From positions 238,824,001 to 238,888,000 of the forward strand of contig OZ024743.1 of the NCBI GenBank assembly GCA_964016885.1: a DNA stretch of 64,000 bases, written 5' to 3'. The position numbers and the translations under genes were made by a program. Under the pieces are notes generated by a model. That model searched no databases and was not told where the DNA came from. It saw only the letters and a list, made by a program, of their open reading frames with translations. Numbering within the stretch: the stretch's first letter is position 1; each line of letters starts with the position of its first letter. Origin of the DNA: Eledone cirrhosa. Lineage: Eukaryota. Below are positions 52,114 through 64,000 of the stretch, piece after piece.

Positions 52114-54081
52114 CATAGGAAGACATGATATGAAGGTTAAAAACACTTGTGGATAGTGCAGTTTTAAATCAACATATGAAAAGTAGTTTTAGATTGATGT
52201 GTGATATTGGGCAAACAAATTTTTTTGAGGGGGGTGGGGGTGGAAAGGATGTAAAAGAGGAGGAGATGAGAGTAAAAAGTGGAGGGGGAGGAGTATAATG
52301 AGGAAGGATGAGATAGGAGGAGAGATGGGTGATAGAGAGAGAGAGATAGCTTTTATAACTGAGAAAAATATATTGTTTTACATAGAGAGGTTGAAAAACC
52401 GTTGGAAGATAATGTATAAATTAAAAGAATTTGAAAATTAACGAAGAGAAAAATAATGTAAAGTTAAGGTTTGTATATTGAAGGGTTTAATAATATGTGC
52501 GATGAAAAGAAAATTGTTAATATGTATTAAGAATAATATTTAAGGGTTTAATAATATGTGCGATGGAAAGAAAATGTTAATATGTATTAAGAATAATATT
52601 TAAGGGTTTAATAATATGTGCGATGGAAAGAAAATGTTGATATGTATTATTAAAAAAACAAAAGTAATGTAAGTAAGGATATATTGTGAGATGAGCATGA
52701 ATAAGTTAGATGAAAGTGAGAAAAACATAATGAATAGAGGAGGAATAATCTAACGACAAAAAAAATGTTATGTTTATGAAGGATTTTTTCAAGGTGATAT
52801 AAAGTAAGAATATATTGTATTGTGTAATAATCATCATTCGTCTTTTAAATACCAACTTAAAAGAACCAACACGGCTCTCTCAGAACTCATATGGTCCTTG
52901 AAAGACAAAAATATTAAATATAACATCTCTTGGAAAAAGGTTTCTTCTGCTTCTACATACTTGAACAGTTCTCTATCCAAGACTTGCAATCTCTGTCTAA
53001 ATTTAAAAATACCATTATATCTAATTTAGATTCTATAATAAATAGACGCACTGACTTGTTTTCTCTCTGCTTGCATAAATTCCACAGAACTTTCCATAAA
53101 GTATACAGCTAATATCCTAAACTTTATCAATTCAGAATCCTTTTCTCAAAGGCACATATATATATATACATACTTCTTTAAAAATATACCCATCTTTCTA
53201 CCTTATTTCAAAGTTATTTATTATACATTATATAATACTTGTTACTCATTCTATATCACTCCTATTTATCACTTCCCTTTATTCCTTTTCCTTTTCTTTT
53301 CTTTTTCTTTTAATTTCTAACCCCTAATCTGTACCTTTTCTCACTGTGCCTAACATAGAAACAATTATTACACAATACAATATATTCTTATTTTATATCA
53401 CCTTGAAAAAATCCTTCATAAACATAAACATCTTTTTTGACGTTAGATTATTCATCCTCTATTCATTATGTTTTTCTCACTTTCATCTAACTTATTCATG
53501 CTCATCTCACAATATATCCTTACTTACATTACTTTTGTTTTTTTAATAATACATATCAACATTTTCTTTCCATCGCACATATTATTAAACCCTTAAATAT
53601 TATTCTTAATACATATTAACATTTTCTTTCCATCGCACATATTATTAAACCCTTAAATATTATTCTTAATACATATTAACAATTTTCTTTTCATCGCACA
53701 TATTATTAAACCCTTCAATATACAAACCTTAACTTTACATTATTTTTCTCTTCGTTAATTTTCAAATTCTTTTAATTTATACATTATCTTCCAACGGTTT
53801 TTCAACCTCTCTATGTAAAACAATATATTTTTCTCAGTTATAAAAGCTATCTCTCTCTCTCACCCATCTCTCCTCCTATCTCATCCTTCCTCATTATACT
53901 CCTCCCCCTCCACTTTTTACTCTCATCTCCTCCTTTCTAACATCCTTTCCACCCCCCCCACCCCCCGCTAAAAAAAAATTTGTTTCCTCGATAACACACA
54001 TCAATCTAAAACTACTTTTCATATGTTGATTTAAAACTGCACTATCCACAAGTGTTGTTAACCTTCATATCATGTCTTCCT

Positions 54082-54151
54082 ATTTTATCTGATGAAAACA
54101 CAAATGTTATTGCATGATGATATTTGTTTTTGAAATGTGCATAATAAAATA
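54082..54151 (+). ncRNA. Type I hammerhead ribozyme, inverted partner of 52053-52113
   Basis: TATTTTAT-CTGATGA-stem II-GAAAT gtgc ATA-ATAAAATA. Confidence 0.82.
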
Positions 54152-54422
54152 CATGGAACTCTTTTAACCATCTTTTGATCTTATATATTATGTATACTCC
54201 AGTCCTACAAACTGTAGAGTGCTTCTTATCCGATATCTGCATTGCTTTATTGTACTACAATAAAACTCTCCTCCTACATATATATATATATATATATATA
54301 TGCATATATATGCATCAGCGTACTATTTCTAGTCTTAACCTAATATATTTCTTCCATATACTCTACCTATTCCGTTGTTATTCCTGTTCCCCTTTTAAAT
54401 ACACACACACACACACACACTC

Positions 54423-54543
54423 ACATACATACATACACACACACACATACATACATACATACATAGATACATACATACATACATACATACATAGATACAT
54501 ACATACATACATACATACATACATACATACATACATACATACA

Positions 54544-54575
<32 letters not shown>
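54423..54575. repeat. (CATA)n microsatellite
   Basis: Direct sequence. Confidence 0.9.
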
Positions 54576-54662
54576 GTTAAAGAAATGACAACACAAACAC
54601 GGAGATGCAAAAACACGAAGACACATTATTATCACGTTTATATTTAACCACAGAAGAGAGAG

Positions 54663-54728
<66 letters not shown>

Positions 54729-55086
54729 GTATTAGTAGAGAGTGGGGGGGGGGAGAAAGTAGTAAAATATTCATATATATTTATTTATTTGACATCACAC
54801 ACAAATATATTTGTTTGTGTCTCCTTAACAAGCGATAATTTGGTCAGATATTTGCCTCTCCCAACAGCTAAGCCTGCTATTTCGGTTGTTCGATGTAATT
54901 CTATGTTTACAGTGGATCCATATTTACCAATGTGTAAAGACTACAATGTTCTGTGAATGATGACCACACCATCCCAGTTATATTATCTACTTGACCACAG
55001 CACGGCAAGGAGGCCATATCACATGATCCCTATAATTAATATACGCCTCCTCATGTACATCCACGAACTGACACATCCTACAAACA

Positions 55087-55143
<57 letters not shown>

Positions 55144-55255
55144 TAAAAGGAATTCCAACTTTGTCTGATTTACTCGTTTTATTTACAATCCTTTAAAATT
55201 TATAATGGTATTAGAATGAAATAGTATGGTAGAATATTAAATGTTAAGTGTTAAT

Positions 55256-55294
55256 TGAACAAGTACTTTCATGCTTTCGCAATCTTCAGGTTCA
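55256..55294 (-). ncRNA. Minimal hammerhead ribozyme in an LTR-like fragment abutting (TA)n
   Basis: Minus strand: TGAAC-CTGAAGA-tTGC gaaa GCAt-GAAAG ta CTT-GTTCA. Confidence 0.7.
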
Positions 55295-55574
55295 TATTCT
55301 GTGGTGACAGTTAAGTTTGCAATTTTCAACTGTTGAAATTCACAGTTGAAAATTGCAAACTTGACTTATAGCAATTAAGTCATAGCATGTACACAGAATT
55401 TTATGTGACGACTGGGAGAAGGTTTTATACTTTTTATAGCAACAAAAGTCTCGTTAGGCAAACAAAAGAAACGAAAGATAAACAAACAAGAAGAAAAGAA
55501 GATAACGTGTTAAAATATGTAAACTATTGAAATTAATGGTGGGTGGGAGAGAGAATACATTCGTCACAGATTAC

Positions 55575-55763
55575 TAATAATTGTTTCTACTTCTGGCACA
55601 ATGCCAGTAGTTATATCAGTAAATTACTGGTTCTTTATTTTATCGACCCCATAAAGATGAAAGGTAAAGTTAACCTCGGTGGGATTTGAATTCAGACCGT
55701 AAAGGGCCGTAACTCTATGCTGTAAAGCATGGCGTCCGACCCTCTACCGTTACTGTCAATCAA
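55575..55763 (-). mobile_element. ATT-tailed tRNA-derived SINE
   Basis: Reverse complement of the SINE consensus. Confidence 0.85.
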
Positions 55764-55927
55764 CCAAACTTAGAAAAATTAACAGAGAACACAACAAACG
55801 AAACCAAGGCAAAACGAAAAATATTTTTTTTTTAAGGGGAAACTCTAAAGAAAATGAATGTACACACACATATACACACAGATACACACACGCGCACGCG
55901 CACACACACACATACACACACGCACGC

Positions 55928-55958
<31 letters not shown>

Positions 55959-56310
55959 CGAGGGTAAGTCAAAAGGTTTCTTGACTGTCTACTTAAAATT
56001 GAACTTTATTTACATAAATTTAAACACCATGTCTTTCGAAATAGCCCCCTTGCGCAGTAATTCTTTGCGCCCAGCGTGTCTGCCACTCCTGGAATACAGC
56101 CTGGAATGTGTACCAAATCTCGGCAACGGTGTTAAAACTGTTTGGTTTTCATCTTCTGGAAAAGGAGACCATCCACAGGATCTAAATCTGGCAAGTAGGG
56201 ATGTGCGGAAGTATTGGGATGTTATGTTTGGCGAGAGACTCACAGACAATGAGTACTCAGTGATAACGTACATTAACGTCGTGGAGAATCTATCAGCTTG
56301 GCTGGTCTCG
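55959..56310 (-). mobile_element. Mariner 3' fragment
   Basis: TA|CGAGGGTAAGTCAAAAG TIR-like end. Minus strand reads WQTRWAQRITAQGGYFE and QYFRTSLLARF (PYSPDLAP-like region). Confidence 0.65.
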
Positions 56311-57522
56311 CTTGGGGATCAGGCCTGACCAGTTGTAGTCGGTTGCTTCCGAGTGGATCCACTGAAAGGCTTGCTTGAGGGCTCTGCGTCCACGATCCTC
56401 GCAGGAATAAATAGGCATATAAAAACAAAAATTCACGAGGCCAGCATTTTAACACATTTTTCAGGCTAAATCCTACTAAGAATTACGTTAAGGTCACACG
56501 TGTCTGTAGAATGCACAAACACTTGCACATTAATTTATCGAGAAGGCTGTTCGGAAATATTCCCTGTGGAAATCGATGAAGGTTCATTCCAACCATCTTA
56601 TTTCGCATGTGCTGACAGCGATTGTACTGATGAGTGAATGAATATAACCAGCACCTCTTATACAAAGCATTTTTATAAGTAGCTTTATACGGCTTTTTTT
56701 TTCTATGTAAGGTGTGTATGAATCTCCAGTTAATTAGGGTTAAAATTACATTAACCACTCAAGTTCGTCATACAGAGAGAACCATGGGGCTTAAATACAG
56801 GTTCTGTTCATACATTATATTTGAATGTATTTTTAACATACGCACGCATGTAACAAATCGTCGGAGCATCGGATTAAATTATATAGATATTATTTTGGAT
56901 CATTGCGCTGGGACTCCAAATTTCGTCGAGGTTAAATTTGCCTTTCACCCTTTCGATGTCAGTAAATAAAATAATAATTCAGTATTCTATCTCCCTTTAA
57001 GAATTCCTTGGGAGAAATCGGATGTGTTCTTACTCGGACAGGCATATTCATCGTCAAAGTACACAATCTTTGGGGACGGCGCCTCTACGATTTTTTCGAG
57101 AATTAAGTGCTCTTTACATATAAGCCTATTAACAATTTCTCAACTCCTTAATACTTTAGTTATTATACGTATATAATGCATATAAATATTTACATATTGA
57201 CCAAGGTCATAGGTGACTTTTGTTTGTATGAGTATATACTGGTTCGACAGTACGAGATGGCAAGTGCTAGAGTGCGATTACCTCTCTAGGCTTTATGAAT
57301 CTGTACATAAACTTACACTGTGTACTTGAAGCACCCATTTACCCACATGCTTGGACTGAGGTCAATTCATTTCATCTCTTCTGAAACATATTCTACACAC
57401 ACACACACACATATATATACACACTACTTATGCACAACTTCATATCGTACGCAATATACAACTATCAAAGTGTATGCGCATTCACACACACATATATATA
57501 TATAATCTTATATATGTATAAG

Positions 57523-57586
<64 letters not shown>

Positions 57587-58084
57587 AAAACACATCTATA
57601 TTGCTCTGTGTATAAATATATGTCTATTATACATAGATAGATACGTAAATATATAAAAATACATACATATAAGTCTGCGTAAATATACATACATTTATGT
57701 ATACACTCACATACATACGAAATAACGTTTGTGGCAAACATCTAGGATTAATGAATACATAAATTAATGATGAAACTCTCTACCCATTTGAGTAGTACTG
57801 AAATAATCTCTTTTTTTCTCTCCTTAACTCTCACACTCTTGTCTCACTCATCCTTTTCTCTCTCTTCTCTTCTGTATTCTTTCCCTTTGTCTATATATTT
57901 GTCTTTCTCTTTCTGTATATGACTGAATGGCTATTTTCTGGTATTAGTTTGTTTGTTATATTTGTGGCCTGTTTGTGTAGTTTAGATCAGATCAACTGTG
58001 GATTATGATCAAGACTTTGGTCTGAGGCATTTCACCACATTATTTAATGTAATATGAACCACCGTTGTTTTTGATGATGAGTGT

Positions 58085-58380
58085 TTTGATTGTTTGATCA
58101 ACGAAACAGCCTGCTCATGAAAGTAACACGCAAGTGGCTGAGCATTCTACAGGCATGTGTACTCTTAATATAATACGCATGGTGATTTAGAACGATACAG
58201 TGTGTGCGAAAAAGTTGGTCTTTCGAATTACCGATACAGTCGATCCGATGGGGTTCCAAACAGTTTCCATCTAGCCAGTTCCACGTAAAAGACACGAATC
58301 AAATGATAATTGCTGAATATGCCACGAAGTAGGATCAAACCTGATTGCTAAGCGACCCTCTTAACAATTCCCCCATGCTG
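58085..58380 (-). mobile_element. Diverged CORE-like SINE
   Basis: CAGTTTCCATCTAGCCAGTTCCAC resembles 49360-49392. Followed by AAAGACAC...GCCACG...GGATCAAACC (reverse B box). Confidence 0.5.
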
Positions 58381-58462
58381 TGACCACGAGTATTAGAGAG
58401 ATAAACAATAATATGACTGAGATCATATCTTATACTAACAACTACCGCAAGTAGGACATATA

Positions 58463-59716
58463 CGAGGGTAGGCTGAAAAGTTCATAGCCTGACTATGAAG
58501 GAGTGATGCTAGAGCTGCGAATTCTTGCATGCATTAATTTCACCTCTTCTTATTAAGAACTGCATTGCATTTTTTCCAGGTAAACTAACCTGTAATTATT
58601 CAAAGAAGACATCAAAAGTAACTAGTAGTGATTTCTCTTGAAAAGGGACAAAATTTGGCATCAAGTACCTGCAGCAAAAGGGTTTAGACCCCTAGGATAT
58701 TCAGACTAATATGGTTGCAAAATTAGGTGGTGATGCTTCAGCTTTATTGACAGTGTAAAAGTGGGTAGTTGAATATAGGAGGAGAGGGGAGAATATTGAA
58801 GATGACCCAAAGACTGAACGTCCTGCAACTTCCACCACCGAGGAAAACTTTGATTGTGTTCACCACAAGACGATGGATGACAAGTGATCGACTATAAATC
58901 AAATAGCCAATGCTAATAGTATATCCCGTGAGAGAGTTGAGAATATTCTGCTCAATGAACTTGGCATGATAAAGGTTTCTGCTCGGTGGGTGCCACATCT
59001 GACACATGATCAAAAGCGGACCAGGCTGATCACATCATGGGAAAATCTGAGATTGTTGAAGACAGACCCAGCTAGTTTCTTTGAACTTTTCCTAACCCCA
59101 GATGAATGTGAGTTCATCACTTTGAACCAGAGACAAAGAGACAATCTATGCCGTGGAAATACCCCTCTTCGCCTGCCCCAAAGAACGCCATCTGGTGATG
59201 GCCTCAGTTTTGGGGGATACAAAAGGCATTGTGTTTATTGACTATATTCAATAAGGCCACACAATAAATGGAGAATACTATGTCAACATATTGAGGCAGT
59301 TATGAAAGGCTATAAAGACCAAACGCCCAGGAGAACAGACGAAAGAGTCTTGTTTCGTCCTGACAATGCTCCACGACACAAATCCTTTCAGACAATGCTG
59401 TGCATAACTGTGATTTTGGACTGGTTGATTGCTCACCATATTCTCCTGATTTGGCCCTATGTAACTATCATATGTTCCCCAAAATCAAAAACATTTGGCG
59501 GGGAACAAGTAAAGCAGTGAAGATGACGTTTTATCTACTGTGATGACTTTTTTTTACCAAGAAGAAAGCTTCTTCACCAACGGGATACAAACACAGCAAC
59601 ACCGATGGAAGAACTGTGTGGACGGTAAGGGGGGACTATGTTGAATAATAAACCTCATTTGGTGACATTCCATTAGAGTATCTTGGATAGCCTATGAACT
59701 TTTCAACCAACCCTCG
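58463..59716 (+). mobile_element. Full-length (~1.25 kb) decayed mariner transposon
   Basis: TA-flanked TIRs CGAGGGTAGGCTGAAAAGTTCATAG / CTATGAACTTTTCAACCAACCCTCG. Motifs EDDPKTERP, KVSARWVPHL, TPDE, DNAPRH and YSPDLA. Confidence 0.93.
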
Positions 59717-59798
59717 TATATATATATGTATATGTTGACTTAATGCAAGCGATCTTCGTTATTTGTATATATCATATATATATATATATATATATATA

Positions 59799-59990
59799 AC
59801 GAATGAGATGTGGTAAAGAACCAGATGGACCATAACGCACCAAAGTACTCAATACTTAGGGTAGTAGAGTGGGTAATAGGCACAAGTAGAACCCCGACGA
59901 CTGAGCTCAACCCGTTTCGACGGCTAATTCTGGACTGAATTAGCCGTCGATACGGCTTGATCTCAGCCGTCGGGGTCCTACTTGTTCCTA
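59799..59990 (-). mobile_element. Penelope LTR fragment (8846-9032 family) with a terminal fold-back
   Basis: Reverse complement of 8895-9032, plus inverted repeat 59877-59930 / 59937-59990. (TA)n on both sides. Confidence 0.8.
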
Positions 59991-60154
59991 TATATATATA
60001 TATATATATATATAAATATTGAGTTAAAGACTTCGTTGATATGTAATCAACTGAATTATGTTCATAACAGATACGAAGCATTCGACAACTAAAACTTATC
60101 TGGAGTATTATGATAATAATAGTAACTTATCTGGAGTATTATGATAATAATAGT

Positions 60155-60297
60155 AATAAACGAAATATATAACTATATAACACCACTATTTATTTCATTA
60201 TATATATTTTGGGGATGCAAACATTTATGTTTAACATAAATTAGAACATGCATCCCCGAAATAAATAGTAATGTTATAAAGTTATATATTTCGTTTC
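60155..60297. repeat. Imperfect inverted repeat
   Basis: AAACGAAATATATAACT..ACTATTTATTTC..GGGGATGC vs GCATCCCCGAAATAAATAGT..AGTTATATATTTCGTTT. Confidence 0.7.
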
Positions 60298-60419
60298 GAG
60301 GTTAACTTTGCCTTTCATCCTTACGGGGTCGATAAAATAGAGTACCAGTAATACACTGGGTAATTGCTGGCCTTGTGCCTAACGTAGAAACAATTATTAT
60401 TATTTTTATTATTATTATT
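60297..60419 (+). mobile_element. 5'-truncated ATT-tailed SINE
   Basis: Body, 3' hairpin and ATT tail. The Tx1 copy C follows directly. Confidence 0.85.
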
Positions 60420-63073
60420 GAGTCTGAACGGACGTCTTTTTTCTCGCTCTCGTAAGTTTATTTATTTACCTGTCAAAACTTATTTATTGAATTTTTATTG
60501 TTGCGTAAGGCATACAAGTCCTTGGATTTGTCCTGTGAAGGGGAAATTATAATATTTGGGCGTTTTGGCCCAAATATTTGAACTTTTTTACATTTTAAAA
60601 AATTATCGAGAAAAAAAACAAAAAAAAACATGGCTGAGCCACGCCCGCCAGCGATATGTCTGCTGTCGTGCGACAACGACGTAAAAGTTGAGTGGAGCGC
60701 TACGGCGAAATTAACAGAAATTGATACAACAGACACCACCACAAATAATGTAAACAAAGACAGCAATGATAACAACACTGAGAACTCTAATTTTGAAAAA
60801 ATGACAGTAACAGCGACAACCAAAATACAGATACCAGAAAAAATGACAACAAATGCAACAACAATATCAACACCACTAACATGAAAACAATTAGCGACAA
60901 CACCAACAGCAACAATACCAACTGCACCGAGAACAACGGCGGCACCAAAGACAACAACGATAACAGTGACAGTGATAACAACAACAACAACAACAAGAAC
61001 AACAACACCCCCAACGACAACAAGAAGAACACTTTCGATGCGGCAGCAGCAAAAAAGAGGCCATGCTTCAAAATGGACCTCTCAAGCAAATATGAAAAGT
61101 TGGCCCAGGCCTGGAAGCTCATCAAGCAAGTGCAAACCTGGGCCAACTTAATTGTCCTGATAGAAGCTATTGAGGCAGTGGAGCGCAGAACGGTGCATTA
61201 TAGATGCAGCTCAGCACAAACCAAAAGGGAAGCTTTAATTCCACAAGCAGATGTCGAAGTCGCGCTGAGGTGCATCAGAGATGACACCGAATACATAGAG
61301 AGGGGCAGACAGTACGGCACCATTTCGATGCTGTTTAATCAGAAGCCCTCGCTATGAAACACGTTATGACACCTTGCAAAACCAGCAAGGTCATAATGTA
61401 CCCCTCCTACATGGGAAAAAGAACGGCCCATCTCCGCTTTCCCAGAATCCCACCAGGAATTGACATGTGGTGGTTTCTGGGATGTGTGATTGTGGAGGGG
61501 ACGGATACCGTCGCGATAGAAGTGACAAGAACGGCCAGAGAAGACTGGTCCGATGTTGACCTGGAGATACTTCTCCAGATCAGGCCAGAGAATGTGAAGA
61601 CAACCCCGGACCACATCCGCCTTCAGAATGGGACGGTCATTCACATGACCGAGGGTAAAATGCCGCATTGTTTTGTTTGTAGGGAAAAACGCCATTTGCG
61701 AGCCTTCTGCCTTCAACTGCTGAAAGATGCCAGGGGGCGAAGGGCTCCACTGCTGCTGACGCCGGGGCGAGGACCACAACCAACACCAGCACCGGCAAAA
61801 CCACCAGCAACAACACCAATAGAAAGACCACCACCAACATTGAACACCCAGTGGGGAAACGAGGAAAGTTGACAAATTCCCCCTCCCCCCAAAATACACA
61901 CATCAATAAAAACATAAACACACACAAAGACACACTTACAAACACAGACCCCTCATCTACCAATAGTGATGATGAGGGAAAACCCAAATCCCCCAAAATA
62001 CGAAAAAAAGAAAACAGAGAAAGAAAAAAAAAACTCAACAAAGCACAAAAACACCCACAATAAAAAATGCAGACATCACCCACGCAAACATCTCCTCAAC
62101 AACACCTACATCAACACCACTATCACCATCACTAGAACCCCCAAACGCAAACAACCTAAACAGACGCAAGAACAAATACACACACAAACATCTGAAACCA
62201 CAGACACCGCACTCACAACAAACAGACACAACCGAAACAACACCATCAAAACCATCACCACCACAGCCACGCAAACAAATAAAATCACACCAACAAAACA
62301 TACAAAACTTCGTGCTCGTCAGGAGGTCCAACAAGTTACTGATGGCCCTCGTAGCACAAAGTGAAGATATGCAAAAAGAGGGGGAAACTTTTAAATCGAG
62401 CACATTTCGCGTGCCGGAAGATTTGTTTCTGGTGCGAATGTCGCACGATATATTCAAAGAAATACGAGACAGCTTTACTCGGGACGCGGGAACCCCGAAC
62501 GTAAAACCCAATTTAAATCTTTTAAAGGGGTTCCCAAAAGAAACCCTACCAACTATGGAGGTCAAATCACCCGACCTTCACAAGAGCCCTGAAGGTAAGT
62601 AAACCTTTCCTCTCTCTCTTTTAGCTTGCCAACATGGCCGTATTAAGAGTAGGAAGTTTAAATATTCGAGGCCTGGGATCGTCCTGGAAGTAGGGTCACC
62701 TGCGCAACGACCTCCATTAGCAAGATCAGGATTTCCGACACGCGCGCACTAGTCCCAATTTTCGACCACTATCAGATCTTTGCATCTGTTAGTCGGTCGG
62801 GAATGGGAGGTGTGTGGTAGGTTGGTAAATTTGAGGAGGAGAGGGTGCCCTTCCAGGGTGCTCTCGAAGCGTCGGGTTGTTCAGGATTGGTGGGGTACCT
62901 GATCGAACCCTAGGTGGTAATCCCCCCTATTGGGGAATTTTTCTTGTTGTATTTTTCTTGTTACTTTGTTATTCTTATTCATATTGTTTACTCGATTTTT
63001 CTGTAAAACCCCACTGTCCCAGTCGCTTGTATTGTCCCCTATATGTCGGCCCTTGTGGCCAATAAATGAAATC
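60420..63073 (+). mobile_element. Tx1-clade LINE copy C: both ends intact, divergent disrupted ORF1, ORF2 almost fully deleted
   Basis: ATG at 60630. IERGRQYGTI, EGKMPHCFVCREKRHLRAFC and GK-stop at 62602. ORF2 start MAVLRVGSLNIRGL at 62634 jumps to the 3' UTR after about 180 nt. Ends GGCCCTTGTGGCCAATAAATGAAATC(ATT)n. Confidence 0.88.
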
Positions 63074-63091
63074 ATTATTATTATTATTATT

Positions 63092-64000
63092 GAATGCCAT
63101 GGTTGACGGAGGCTCGGCTCTGTAAGGTATTGTAAATTTTGTCCGCTATAACAATTGTAAATTGTTTAAAACTTTAACCAAACTGTAGACAAAAACACCC
63201 TCCTCCTCGTGAGAGGGGTCTTTCTGCCCGTCATTTGGCCCTTCGGGGTTAAATAACCGCTTATTGGGGTTTTGTGACCAATATTTATTTTAAACCCCCA
63301 AAAAATCATGGCTACGAAAAATAATTTTCACAAGTCACTCCCACTCATTCCGTCTTCTTCTTCCTCAATCGTCACTACAGCAGAGAGAAGATTGTCTCTC
63401 TCCCTCCCTTCTCTAAATGTGTCTCTCTCCCCCTCTTCTCTTTCGCAAGCGACGCCAGCAAAGAAAAATAGTTTACAAAATCACGTGCAAATCAAGGAAC
63501 ATTTCTCCACGACGACGACAACGACGAAAAAGATGTGAGGGAAATACGAAAATCCATTTCATTCGTCTGACGTCAGGAATAATAGCAGTAGCATATTTTT
63601 CGAAACCCAACAGCACTGTACGGTCACGTACCGTACAGTAAACACAAAATCCCGTAGCGTTGAAAGAGCCACAGAGGCTCAAATACAAAAAGCCTTAGGG
63701 TCTGTGTGGCAGCGGAAAACGCATATCACCCGAGGCAAGAAATATGCCACCGTAGACGTGCTTTTTGTCACACCCCAGGAAGCAAAGGCTCAATCCTTAG
63801 TGACCCTAAGGAGCGAGGAAATGGTGTTGGTGCCCTCCTACTGCGGGCAAAAAATTGTGAGGGTCAAACTGACCCAAGACACCCCCCCTCCTGGGATGGC
63901 CCCTTCTTGGCTGATCACGTCTGTCCTCGTCGGAATCGAGGACAAAACAACTGTACTGCAAGTACAGAAAAAAGTAAGAGAAGATTGGGTCGGCACCTCC
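63092..64000 (+). mobile_element. Tx1-clade LINE copy D (5' UTR + disrupted ORF1, runs off the window)
   Basis: Follows (ATT)n; ATG at 63308. VERATEAQIQKALGSVWQRKTHITRGKKYATVDVLF..VLVPSYCGQK matches ORF1 of copies A and B. Confidence 0.9.

Larger units (their letters stand above)
52015..54187. mobile_element. Large fold-back Penelope-derived element: ~810-bp inverted arms around a GIY-YIG remnant
   Basis: 52015-52828 is the reverse complement of 53364-54187, with high identity including a ~59-bp triplet repeat. The spacer encodes NHHSSFKY..TALSELIWSLKDKNIKYNISW..CNLCL. Confidence 0.88.

Noticed and set aside
52480-52650. ~59-bp triple repeat
   Set aside because: Simple tandem duplication inside the Penelope UTR, mirrored in the other arm.
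55312-55363. 21-bp perfect palindrome as a regulatory site or terminator
   Set aside because: More simply a fold-back scar at the end of the adjacent LTR fragment.

Overview
AT-rich, microsatellite-dense eukaryotic DNA, most likely a cephalopod (octopus-like) intergenic or intronic region; this is inferred from repeat style and SINE sequence, not verified. I found no convincing host gene. Nearly all informative sequence is mobile DNA, sorted by microsatellite target. (1) A (TA)n-associated set: Penelope-like elements (RT + GIY-YIG remnants) and many short tandem or fold-back non-coding derivatives. Together they carry about 20 hammerhead ribozyme motifs from more than 10 sequence families. 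(2) An (ATT)n/(TAA)n-associated cluster at 24-46.5 kb and 60.3-64 kb: five Tx1-clade LINEs (zinc-knuckle ORF1 + APE-RT ORF2), five R4/Dong-type RLE LINEs and many copies of a tRNA-derived SINE. The SINE 3' end carries the same GGC-CTTGT-GCC stem-loop and ATT tail as the Tx1 3' end, and the hairpin recurs in the Tx1 5' UTR, suggesting a SINE-Tx1 partnership. (3) Two TIR-bounded mariners, a mariner fragment, a non-autonomous Helitron, a CR1-like RT fragment and CORE-like SINEs. All TE ORFs are disrupted. All alignments and folds were done by eye, so boundaries are approximate.
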